A stretch of DNA of 64,000 bases from Enoplolaimus lenunculus (Eukaryota). The stretch spans positions 248,001-312,000 of the forward strand of contig JASANG010002537.1 in NCBI GenBank assembly GCA_030248215.1. The letters are read 5' to 3'. This document shows, piece after piece, positions 53,256 through 64,000 of the stretch. Positions within the stretch are counted from its first letter, which is position 1. Each line of letters begins with the position of its first letter. The translations under genes were made by a program, and so were the position numbers. The notes beneath the pieces were generated by a model, which saw only the letters and a program-made list of their open reading frames with translations, made no database searches and had not been told where the DNA came from.

Positions 53256-53644
53256 TACTGTAGTGACCCGAATAAGAGGGGGGCTGATATTTATTTGCCC
53301 TCTCCAGAGGGTACCCCCTTGTTATTCGGCTACTGACTGTTATTTTTTTAACCCACGCTCCGCCGCCCTTCGTTACGGATATATATCCGGTACTGCAATT
53401 ATCCGTTGAATTAAACGTTTATTTGTCTTGTGTCAATGGCTTATGCGATAATACAACTCAAATTATTTGGTCCTGGAGTCATTTATGTGCTACAATTAGT
53501 GTTAATTGACATATGGACTCTAATTAGGGTTTAGGCATCTACCCGCTTACGGACTCTTATTAGTGATACGGACTCCTGTTCATTGGGACTCAAAATGGCG
53601 AACCCACCTCTTATTACCTCCCTCTTATTCGGGTCGCTACAGTA
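53256..53644. mobile_element. TA-flanked MITE (Tc1/mariner-type target)
   Basis: TA|CTGTAGTGACCCGAATAAGAGGG / CCCTCTTATTCGGGTCGCTACAG|TA. Related ends near 24483 and 26909. Confidence 0.8.
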
Positions 53645-54440
53645 CCCCCAGAAATTTTGTAAGTACGTTTGCCTCCTGTCATTTACGTTTGGCGTATCAG
53701 CGCCCCATGTTTTTATTGCGTTTTATCACACAACGTATTGCATTACGGACAGGCGTTAGTACAACTATTTCAGTTTCCCTGCGGTATACGTCCGATAGGC
53801 GATTGTGCGTGACGTTGTATCAATAGCTAACTGGTGTGATAGGCAATTGATACATTAGGATATATACGTGGTTTCAAAAGTATTGGCAGGGGGCATGCGC
53901 TCCTCCCAATCGAAATCAGCACGCCAGTTTTTCGCTTGCTCTTCTCGCGATATTTTCATCAAGTCGTGCTCACGTGGCGAACTATTCGGCCTAGTCCAGC
54001 TACCCAGTCCGCCAAAAAGTTAGAGGCCTAAAAGAGAGCTCTGAAATTTAATCTCGGAGCCAACTAGGAGGGAGCGGACAACCTTTTATATCCAACCAAA
54101 AAATTCAGGGCTTCGCACTGCTTAAAGGTTCTAAAATTAGTTTTAAATGGGAACTCAAAACACGGACCTGGCAGGATGCGTCCCCAACGTAGAATTAGAT
54201 CCAGAATTTCTCGGTGCTCGATCACAAGTTCTCTGTCCAAACTCCCGCTCGTATTTGATAGTTGTTAGGACACCCTTCCAACAACAGTTTCACACAAATT
54301 AGCAAAATGGAGAATCTAGAAAGTGAACCCATCTTTAAAATAAATCACTTCGCGCACAGCGGGAATTATTCGACATTTTCTGCTGAAGAGGTGCTGAACA
54401 GCTCATATTTCGGGTAAAAGCTAACACAATTTTTATATGC

Positions 54441-54710
54441 TTAACCCTTTCTCACTTGAATATTTTCTATTTCCCCTGAGACCTAATTTTATGCTAGGAT
54501 TCGAACTCCAGCGACTGGAGTGGGAGGCGTATACCATCACCACTCAGCTATAGGAGCTTGACGCTCCAGCCGAGGGGGCTCTCACGTCTTGTGGTGATTT
54601 AGTACTATGTATACGTGTTGCAATTGTTAAACACGGTGCGATATATATTATTTAACGTATATACAGTGCCCTGAGTTGCCTATAGGCAACTCAGCATGAG
54701 AAGGGGTTAT
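54441..54710. mobile_element. piggyBac-like MITE with an internal tRNA-like cassette (copy 2)
   Basis: TTAA|CCCTTTCTCA...TGAGAAGGGG|TTAT. Minus-strand A box TAGCTGAGTGG and B box GTTCGAATCC; perfect palindrome CTGAGTTGCCTATAGGCAACTCAG at 54671-54694. Confidence 0.8.
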
Positions 54711-54829
54711 AGATAGTAAACTGAAAATTTTTCGCCTAACTAGGGGAGACAGCACACGGCACAACTCACTCCAAAACTACTGTTCTTAATAAATCATTAA
54801 GGGTGAGTTATACTATCTTAAAAGTAAAA

Positions 54830-56110
54830 TTACGGGCTGTGAGAAGTTCGTGATTTTGACTTAAGCCTGTATCCTGTATCGCCTGTGTAGTTCTTTTCTC
54901 GATGTATGCTATTCGCTCTGATTTAGTAAAACGCGGCCGGTAAATGTTTATTATAAATCCCAACCCGCAACCCGTATGACACACAAAATACCCAAATTTA
55001 AGGCCAGCAAATCACAGGTTATGTAATTTAACTGGTACCCGCGACCTGTGGGACACAAAATAACCGAAATTAAGGCCAGCAAATCACAGGTTATGTAATT
55101 TAACTGGTACCCGAACCGGAATCCTTAAAGCCGACGTCTGAATCTGATTTAATCCAGCCACTGGCTTTACCGTACCAAATACTTTTGCCGTTTTCCAGAA
55201 TCCGTGCAATTCTAACCCCGTTAGAATTACACCCCGTTAAACCGTGTACTCTAACCCCGTTAGAGTTACACCAAATTTCCGACCAATCTAACCCCGTTAG
55301 ATTTGGCCCAGCCGTTGTAGAATAATAAATCTAACCCCGTTAGATTTACTAGACTACTTTTCCCCAGGTTTCCTTTAATATCCCAAGTTCCTTTAGCACA
55401 TGACACCAGTATCCAATACTGGGTAATTTCCGCGCCCTGCGCAACGCCGATTAAAATCCGTAATGCCTGATTTCCTTCACATGTTCAGCCGCCGTGACAA
55501 TCTTAAATTACTTCCGTTCGACCTTACTTATTAAAATTCCGCCTTCAACGCAAAACCAAAACTTAAGAAACAATGTAAAAGTCCGTTCACCACCAGTCAG
55601 AAAAAATACGACCGAGTTGTAGCAAAACTAAACCAAGACTGATTCCGGTCCTGGCTACCCATATCGGCATCTCGACCTCATTTGCATTTTTGCCGACACA
55701 CACAACTGGGTGTCCGCAATGCGGTCGAGGTCGAGAGCCACCCAACCGGTACTACAACAACAACAACAACCATGCCGGAGACACACAATATTCAAAGCAC
55801 CATTTTGGTGCTGACATAGCCTAGCTATGTCGTTAAACGCAGATTAGGCCAGCACGATATGAACCATTAATCAATCCATTCTATGGCCACGCAGGGCCCC
55901 AGGTAAGTTTACATTGCGGACACAGCCGCCATAGCATCGATTTACCAATTTCTACGCCTTGTAGCAACGCCTAAGCCTAACTTAAGTTCTAAGAGAGACT
56001 AGGTGGAGCCAGGAACTCCCTTAAGGTGTGGTTTTGATATAGGGTTTTATTTTAGTTTTAGTTTTTAGTTTGAAATAGGTTTAAGTGTGGCACAGCCACC
56101 TACACGGGCC
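54830..56110 (-). mobile_element. Diverged inverted copy of the interior of the 25012-28527 element
   Basis: 55885-56105 matches 25340-25560, about 55380-55410 matches 25950-25980, and 54835-54965 matches 27925-28065. Contains a 72-bp-period duplication (54981-55113) and a hairpin array (55211-55344). Confidence 0.75.
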
Positions 56111-57019
56111 AGTGAATGCAGCGAAGGACATATATTTTAGCAACCTGCTGGTTAATTTAAGGTCTGTGTACTGCGTAGTGTGTTAAGCCATGACAAGAAT
56201 CACGGCAAGATAAAAAGTCAAAGACTCGCGAACTAAGCGAGCGAGAACCCAGACGCATTTCAAAACTTTGGCGGGTTTTGTTTCAATCGGTTAAACCAGA
56301 TGCAGTATATGCTGGATAGACCATATGAAGTTTAATCAACCTGAAACTGCAACACTAATACGATCTGCGCTATACTGTGTTCGATAATCTGAAGATAAGA
56401 CATATTAATTTCCTCACTAAACCCGGAATTTCTTTTGCGGTATTTGATCACTATCCGTGTTTCTGTGTCAGTTTATTTTGCTATCCGTTTACTTCGTGGT
56501 TTTTACCAATATTTAGTGTATTATGTGTTCGAGTCGTACTAGTGGAAACCGTATTCGACATTTTGATAATATTGTGAGCTCTGGGCAATGTTGGGGGGCT
56601 ATGCCCTCCCCCACTCCGAACATTGGGGGAAGCAGGGGAGCAACTGGTCCCCTACCCCCACCACTTTCGTCGGCTATGACAAAAATTGTGTAAAACATTA
56701 AAATTTTAAACTTTAACACTTGCAGTGCTGCGATTCCGCCAATACATAAATTTCGATCGATGTGTAAAGAAAGCTGCACAACACTAGACACAACTTATTT
56801 TGCCGTGTTCTTCGAGTCTTTGATGTACAACACTCTTTAATATTTAAACGCCTTTTTTCAAATTGTTTTTTTGCTTGTTTTGATAGTTAAACTTGCTATG
56901 TTTTGTGGAATCTGGTATCTTCAATGCAAACGGGCGTGAAACATTTATGAAGGCTAGGGTCAGTAAGACCGTGGCATCAGGGCCCGCAGCTCGAAATGGC
57001 CTTTTGCGATGGAAGTATT

Positions 57020-57325
57020 GGCCAATGTTACCCTAAAGGCCGTTACATTTTCCCGGGACAGAAATGTACCAGAGTACCCGTCCCATTTTCCCGGGACAGC
57101 AATGTACCAGGAGTACATACGAAAAATATAATTGGAACAGAAGGGACAGCGGGAGAGATGGGACAGTCGGGACAAATGAGACAGATGGGACAGATAGGTC
57201 AGATGGATATATATTATATATTATTTATATATCCTACGTAAATATACCTGCCTGTGGATATGTAAACAGGAGCGCGTAAGTGTGCACTCCGGGTATATTT
57301 CTGTCCCTTTATAGGAACATGGGCC
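57020..57325. mobile_element. GGCC-ended MITE with an 8-bp TSD
   Basis: GAAGTATT|GGCCAATGTTACCCTAAAGG...CCTTTATAGGAACATGGGCC|GAACTATT, with GGGACAG subrepeats. Confidence 0.75.
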
Positions 57326-60300
57326 GAACTATTCATACAAAGTTAATGAATCTTATGGATTTTGGCATTTGGTATTGTGCCTAAAAAATCTGCTCCGCAC
57401 TGCTTTATATTTAGATGCTCGCATTTTACAGAAAGCATTGGAAAAGTTTTCGCTGATTTTCCATCATTTTCATGAAATGATGCAGTGGCGAATCGAGTAG
57501 ATTCTGGCGGAAGGCGAACGAAAATTTTGAACCTTCCTTAATATAAGTCATTGAAAACACTAATATGCCCATCCTGAAAAATTTTAAACCACCAAGCATG
57601 GTGAGTTGGCTACGGGCCTGCATTTCCCCCCACATCTGTAGTTCGTGAATTTTCCACTCTGTGCTTTTTGATGGCTCGACGTACGGGTGGTAAAAAGCGA
57701 AGCATCAAATTTCTTAACTTGATACTGGTATTACACGTAACAACAGTATCGCGTACTTCCCCATGTATCTATCAATAAAAACTATTTCTCTGTCAAAATA
57801 TACATTAATATATTATATGTACGTGTTTTACCGAAATACACAATTTTTCGTCAAAACGTATATTTTAAACATTGTCCGGTGGGTGCTTTTGGTCTTTCAT
57901 TTATTACTGCTATGATTACAGCATTTTTAGTGTGTTTGCCGACTCAGCATTTTATTTCGTGAAGGTATAACTCTGCATTGCGTAGTTTTTAGCGAGCGAG
58001 CAACCAAAGCGAGCGAAATAATTATATTACCTGTAGGATTCAGAAGGTTGTTCTAAAAACCCTGGTAACAGTTTTTGCTTTTTGGTACTTTTTTATATTT
58101 TACTGCAAGTAAGTATTTACTCACTGCGTATAGTTCAAAGCATACCGCACAACGTTGTGACTGATTATAATTAGCTTTGAAATGAAGAACATGATTGCCA
58201 TCTTGCAGCGCCGGAACAGAAAGGGGCGGAGGGTCCGCCCAAACTCTCGAATGGAAGTCCCCAAACTTGCGAGCGAGAAGCCAGACGTATTTTAAAAATT
58301 CGGCCGTTTTTGTTTCAGCCGATTGGGCGGGGGCCCATTTTGGAGTGGGGTCCCCCCAAATTGGGGTATGGACGGTGGCTGCTCCGGCCCTGCCATCTTG
58401 AAGTGAATTATTCTAACGTATGTAGGCTGTGCAAATCTTACACTGCAGTATTTTTTTTCATTAACGTTGACAGTTACAAATTTTTGCACTCGTTTATTTC
58501 GAAAAATTTGCTAATAGCTCATTGTGTTTGTAATTTTAATACTTAGTGCAGGCCTCTAGCCAGTCCACATGCATGTAGCAAGCTCACCTTGCTATGGGGG
58601 ACGGCTACAAATTTTTAGAGGGGCATTCAACTCTGTTTTAATAGCTTAGAAGTTGCAAGCCAGGTTGAAAATTTTTAGGGGGCCAAAATTTTTCCAAAGC
58701 CTCAAGCCTTCACTTTGTACGGGTAAAGTGTACAAGAGCGGATTTTGAATGATATGGTCTGCATTTGATGGTGAAATGTAATATATTTGCTTCGAGCAAG
58801 AAATTGATTTAATTTGCAAGTAAGGTTAGATGATTTTTATGGGAGACCGAGACCTTTCTAGCCTCACTCTGACCACAGGTCTGTCTGCCAAATTCCTAAA
58901 CACCGTTAGCTATGTTACAATTTCAATAATTATATACAATCAAATGTGTCCGGTATTTCCGGTACATCTTGCTTTAATCGTCATGGCTTCCGGCAGAAGG
59001 AACAATAAATCATTGATTTTATAATTGATGCCTGTAAGAGAAAATTGTTTTAAAATCTTATTGCGTCCACTGTTTAATAGTTTAATGTCTTCTCAAATTT
59101 GTGAAGCTGAAGTCCCACATGTTCTTAGCTCGCACGCTGAGAATTTGACTTCTAAACCAATTTCGACAAATTTAGTGATTTTTGTCGACGAGATTTGGGA
59201 GTTGCCAGCAGGCCCATAGCTAACTTACCTTGCTAGTGGGGGCTAAAAATTTTTCAGGAGGTGCATACAAATGTATTCAATAACTTACCAACAAGCAGTG
59301 GCACCGGAAGCACAAAATTAATATTGGGGCCACAATGGTACCTAAAATGATCGAAGGCTGAAGAGCGTTGTTTTGCCAGTATCACATCGTTTTGCGAAAA
59401 AACTGTGACAGACAAGATGTTCCAGTAAAATGAGGTATTCATATTAACTCTACAGTATCGCGAAAGCTTTTTTCGCTTTTCATCACCACATATTAAAATG
59501 AAATCGTTTGTCACTCACTTGCTAATTATCAACGATACCGTCACAGATGCTCTCCCCTTAGTTACGGGCCTGGTTGCCAGTTGTAGAAGAATAGAAGACC
59601 CCTTTTTAGTTGGTACCAGAATGTAACCCTTCCTTTTTCGAAACCCAAGCTACGCCATAGCGAATCGCGGTTTCCTATATACTTTCTTCTTGCCATGTTG
59701 GTGAGACCTTTTGTTCAATTTTCAATATACAATGCACGAAAGGTAGGTTCCACCATTTTGAAGCACATGCCGATCACGTGAAAGATAAATAGCATGCATT
59801 TCTACATTTCTACTACACGCTTTTTTTGCTTATTCACATGTTTTCCACGTTTTATTTGATACAGACCTTCAGGGAAAACTCGCGTTGTGTAGCTGTTTTT
59901 CAAGTGTGGCAGGAAATATAGCAGGACAGTGTAGCGGGTGCAATAGAGAGAGACAGCTTTGTTTGAAAAAACGAGATTCTATTTTTATTTTTGTACACGT
60001 AAAAAGTGTGGTAATTGTTACTGCATTGTTATAGTTTCTTTTATCAATTGCACGTTTGGTAGGGGTATTGTTTGCAAAAATTGAACCGTTTTGACGTGGC
60101 TTTTTCAATTTTATACACCAATGCTTTTTCGACAACATAAAATTTTAGTTCAGTGGTTGCGTTGATTTTCTCACAGGTGATGACACAACTATTAAAAATC
60201 AATAAATTTAATTTTGGCTTGTCCCAAGCCGATTAAGACAAAACGTAAAACGTGGAAACAAATGTGTACAATAGCCAAAAATGAGCAATAATGGAGATTT

Positions 60301-60589
60301 GCTGAAGTTGTTCACTACAATTTCTTATGATATACAAGGTTTTAGTCGGAAATTCAGCACAATTTATTTATATTTTAATTAATCAGACGATTTCTGGATT
60401 TAGAGCTACCCTGCTCGACGTATCGATTCCTTATTTATGAAACAACGCGGCCCTCTTGGGGTAAAAAAGCTGTTCACAACACCATTTTAACCATAATGCA
60501 ATGTACCGATATAAATTAGTAGGGGCGCTGTTAATTAGTGCACGCTGTTAATTAGTACTGACTGACCTACTGACCTAAAAGATTGACGT

Positions 60590-61008
60590 CATATTACCTA
60601 CCGCAATTCATTTCCGGTTTGCGGAAAATTCAATTGTCCACTGCCAGTTCCAATAGTATGTCTGTGCAGGAAATTGAAACAGATTTCTGGACTCCTATTC
60701 TCTGTTGCAGTTTTTGGCAACTTTTCAATTTCCCTTTTACTATTTAGATTGTCTTATCAATTTACCGTTTGATATTGAAAACTATTTCAATTTCCCACTG
60801 CCATGGATTTTTATTTCGCTAGTTGTAAATTGACAACCGAAAACTCAATTCCAATTCCATGTGCGTTTTATAAACTGTTTTAATTTACCACTTGATCAAG
60901 TTTTGTTTCTTCAATTTCCCGTTTGTAGCGTTTTCCTGAACTCGAGTTGGAAATGGGCGTCGCCAAAATCCACACACTGGGCACACGATAAAATGGACGA
61001 CGCATTAC
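60590..61008. mobile_element. Solo right arm of the 26250-27872 element family
   Basis: Collinear with 27460-27872, ending GGCACACGATAAAATGGACGACGCATTACC. Confidence 0.75.
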
Positions 61009-61153
61009 CGTCCATTGATGGCTGTTCAAAGCATCCCAAAATTATTTTATCAGGTATAACAGCGTAATAAAAATGACACCAAAATATAATCCTAACAGAT
61101 CTCTATTCATTACATATCATTATTTGGTTCCTGTTTTGCGCTGTTTTCTGCAC

Positions 61154-63608
61154 TTAAGTCCATATGCCAATTTTTCTGTACAAGCGGGGATAAGGAAAAT
61201 ATGTTCTTTTTTTGAAGTTGGAAACAAGAAAAATGCGCTTTACTTCAGAATACCCTGCTGCTCCGTTTGAGAATATATCCAGACCCTGGGCGGGTACGCT
61301 TTGTTCCCCAACGATCTTGTCTTGCTCAGACAATTTGTCATTTAAACTGACGGCAGAAAAAAAGGTCTGTATCTTTGAAGTTGTAAAACTCGTCCAAAAC
61401 AAAATTTATATGATCATTTTCACTGTACCGTGTTCTTCGTTGCTGCACGGGTTTGTGTTGCTAGCTGCATCTGCGCATTTGTTATTTGGTTTCCAATCAC
61501 CAGCATCGTGCTTCTTTGACATCAAAAATATTCGAAAGCCACTAGTAGAAACTGTAACGTTATCGACATAAACTTTACTTGAAGTAGGTAGAACTATAGT
61601 TTTTCTTAACATCTAAAGCAAAATTTCACAGCTGTGAAATGATTTCGCATTGAATGCCACATTTTGGTTGCGTCAGCTTAAACTGACATCAGCAAGATGT
61701 GGGTACTGGTATTTTCATCAACAGAAAATGACAAAATTTCACATGTAAACATATTTTTAGTATGCGCCTACCGCTAAAATATGCAATTAAGTATGTGCTA
61801 TCGTACACTTTAATCTAATTGAGAGTACACCTTAGTTAGACACAAAACAGTTGCCTAGATGTCCTATAGACAATATGTTTCTGCCTTTGAAATAGAAAAT
61901 TTTTGGAGTAAATGACTGAACACGGGATTAAAAACTACTGTTGGTTCACTATCATATTCAGTGTAAGTCTGCGAGTATGCAAGTGACACAAGAGCTGAAC
62001 TTTGTAGCTGGAAAATGCCACATAAACTAATTATGACATTACACACCTTTGAACTACAATCGAAAGTTCACCAATTACATTGTCACTGGTATTTTACAAT
62101 GTTCCGCGGAATGCTTGCCAGAATAGAGTGTTTGCAATTTGTTGAGCAGCATTTGAGTGCCATTTTCAGGTTTTTAATGTTTTGCAAAATCCAGCGAAGC
62201 AGAAAAATCGCGGAAAACTATGCATTTTAACATTGTTTCTTGTGTTGTCCATAGCATTAGTTCTTGTTAATGTTTCGCTAGAACATGGTTCCAGATCCTA
62301 GTGATGTCAGTTTGAACTGAGCGTGTAAAAAGTCAATTTAAAATGGTCCATATTGCACAATTTTGACAAGTATGCTTAATTCACTTGATAATTACATACA
62401 AGCAACCCAAATATTACAATGGCATTCAAATCGTCTGACTCGGACAGATATGTGTTAAGTTTGAGTGATTGTTTGTGTTTTCATATCTGGGATTTATTTA
62501 TTAATTATAATTGCTCGCTTGTTTGCAGCGATTAACGATTGCTATGAGCATTTTAATTACTAAAACAAAAAAAAAATATTTTTTCTACTTTCTAGGAGTT
62601 TCTCTCCATCTTTTGAGTCGAGCCGAATGTTGCAAAACAATGTCCTTTTTTCAAAAACCGGATATTTTACACCGAATAGTCAATATAAAGCCAGTTGTAT
62701 TGTAGGGGGCACATATGGGGAGCTAAGCGTCCGAGACAAATCTTACCCTCATATGGAACTGGTTTAGATTGTACTTACCATGCAATCTAAGTGCTGCTTT
62801 TAACCTGAATCTATCACTCGCTAAAGTTGTGGGCAGGTGCGGATTCAGGATAGGATTTTCGTGTTGGCTTCGGATACTTTTGTGTTGCGAAGTTTTAAAG
62901 TTTAAACCCGTTTTTATAAAATATTTCAACGTTTTTCAATTGCGTCGAAGGGAAGATTTTTTAATTTTGGGCCATAACCTCACCATATTTTTTGCCACTT
63001 TGACTAGAAAACACATTTTGAGATTTGTTCAACGATTTGGATCGTCAAACCACTTCAACACGGCAGGTCTGGTGTGGGGATACATTTCTCACCCCATTTG
63101 GTTCGGTCACACATTGTTAGTCAGACTATGGGTCTGGCTGTATGTACACTTTCGGTATACATTGGTACGGTGCAGGGTCGTGGTATCAATTTTCACGTGT
63201 TTGGCTTGCTCTCTCTGTCTTCGTTGCTTTTGTAAACTAAAACCGTACCAGGGGGGCCTTGGGCGAAAATATTTTATTTTTTTAAGAAATGTTTAATGAG
63301 CTTTTTTCGTGTGTGTTCGTCACGAGCGTTTACTGCTACATCAATTTTCAATTTATTGGGCGTGTTGTACTTTTAACGGTGCAGCGTAATGGACCTTCGA
63401 GAGTCTGTACACTTTATGTGCCATTTTTCCTTCTTTATATATCTAAGCTTGACGGCAAGATATATAACAAGTACATGGGGGTTCACTTTGGAATACATTT
63501 CAACTTTTCTGGAGGGATAATAAAAATAAGCACTATTATAAGCTTTAGAAATTTAACCTACTGTTTGGTAGATGCGAAATAATTGTCTGGCTCGCTATCG
63601 TCATCCAT
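61154..63608 (-). other. Possible unknown gene or degraded coding region
   Basis: Candidate first exon 63608-63562 (MDDDSEPDNYFASTK, then gtagg donor), donor gtaagt near 62778, exon-like frames at about 62010-61867 and 61612-61154 (one frame broken by a single TAA at 61406-61408). No consistent splice path or recognisable domain was found. Confidence 0.25.
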
Positions 63609-64000
63609 CGCAGCAAAAAGTTTAACTTCAAACGATTCCCTCCAACAAATTAAATGCCAGGCTGTCCCTGTACCCAGTCGCACGTTTTGTTTGTGTCCCA
63701 AAAGTTTTTCCTGGATGACTGGCACAAATATGAACGCAGGGTAGACCGAAAACACCATCCCAACGTATTAAAGCGTGCTAATAACGGGACTATATTTGAT
63801 ATATAATTTTATGTTTATTTTTAATTTGAGCCAATGAACTGCAAAAAGTCAATGAAAATCGTTTCGAATCTGAGCTGAGCGCTCGCCTGACTCCCGTTTG
63901 ACGACGAGTCAAATCCCAGACATTAAGCCAGTCTTTTTTTTTGCTGGGTCTCAGTGTTCCTTGGTTGATCTTGACACAAAATGTGTATTTTGCGTATTAA

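Noticed and set aside
55211..55344. True CRISPR array
   Set aside because: Repeats are only 15 bp, the spacers partly pair with their own flanks, there are no cas genes and the context is a eukaryotic transposon. Kept as a hairpin-array finding.
62769..63296. 175-aa plus-strand ORF
   Set aside because: Non-ATG start, no recognisable motif, and local splice signals point to the minus strand.

Overview
Eukaryotic, intron-rich, AT-rich genomic DNA, probably from a nematode (inferred from interstitial TTAGGC repeats, TTTTCAG-type acceptors and a possible trans-splice site). Four multi-exon genes can be rebuilt by hand with phase-consistent splicing: a SENP6/7 (Ulp2-type) SUMO protease (+, 1518-16662), site-2 protease MBTPS2 (+, 17919-23994), an Aurora B/AIR-2-like kinase (-, 30352-36909) and TXNDC11 (+, 39705-51377). 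A fifth, poorly resolved minus-strand gene may lie at about 61.1-63.6 kb. Introns and intergenic DNA hold many non-autonomous DNA transposons (hAT-, Merlin-, piggyBac-, TA-target- and Helentron/HINE-like), several of them nested. Highlights: an intronic box C/D snoRNA with a 28S rRNA antisense element (SNORD12/snR190-like), an H/ACA candidate in the neighbouring intron, an Asp-to-Asn change in the SENP catalytic triad, a GC-AG intron and no intact CxxC in TXNDC11, piggyBac-like MITEs carrying a tRNA-like Pol III cassette, MITEs carrying telomere repeats, and a spaced array of hairpins with a compensatory base change. All coordinates were read by eye, and family comparisons come from recalled motifs, not database searches.
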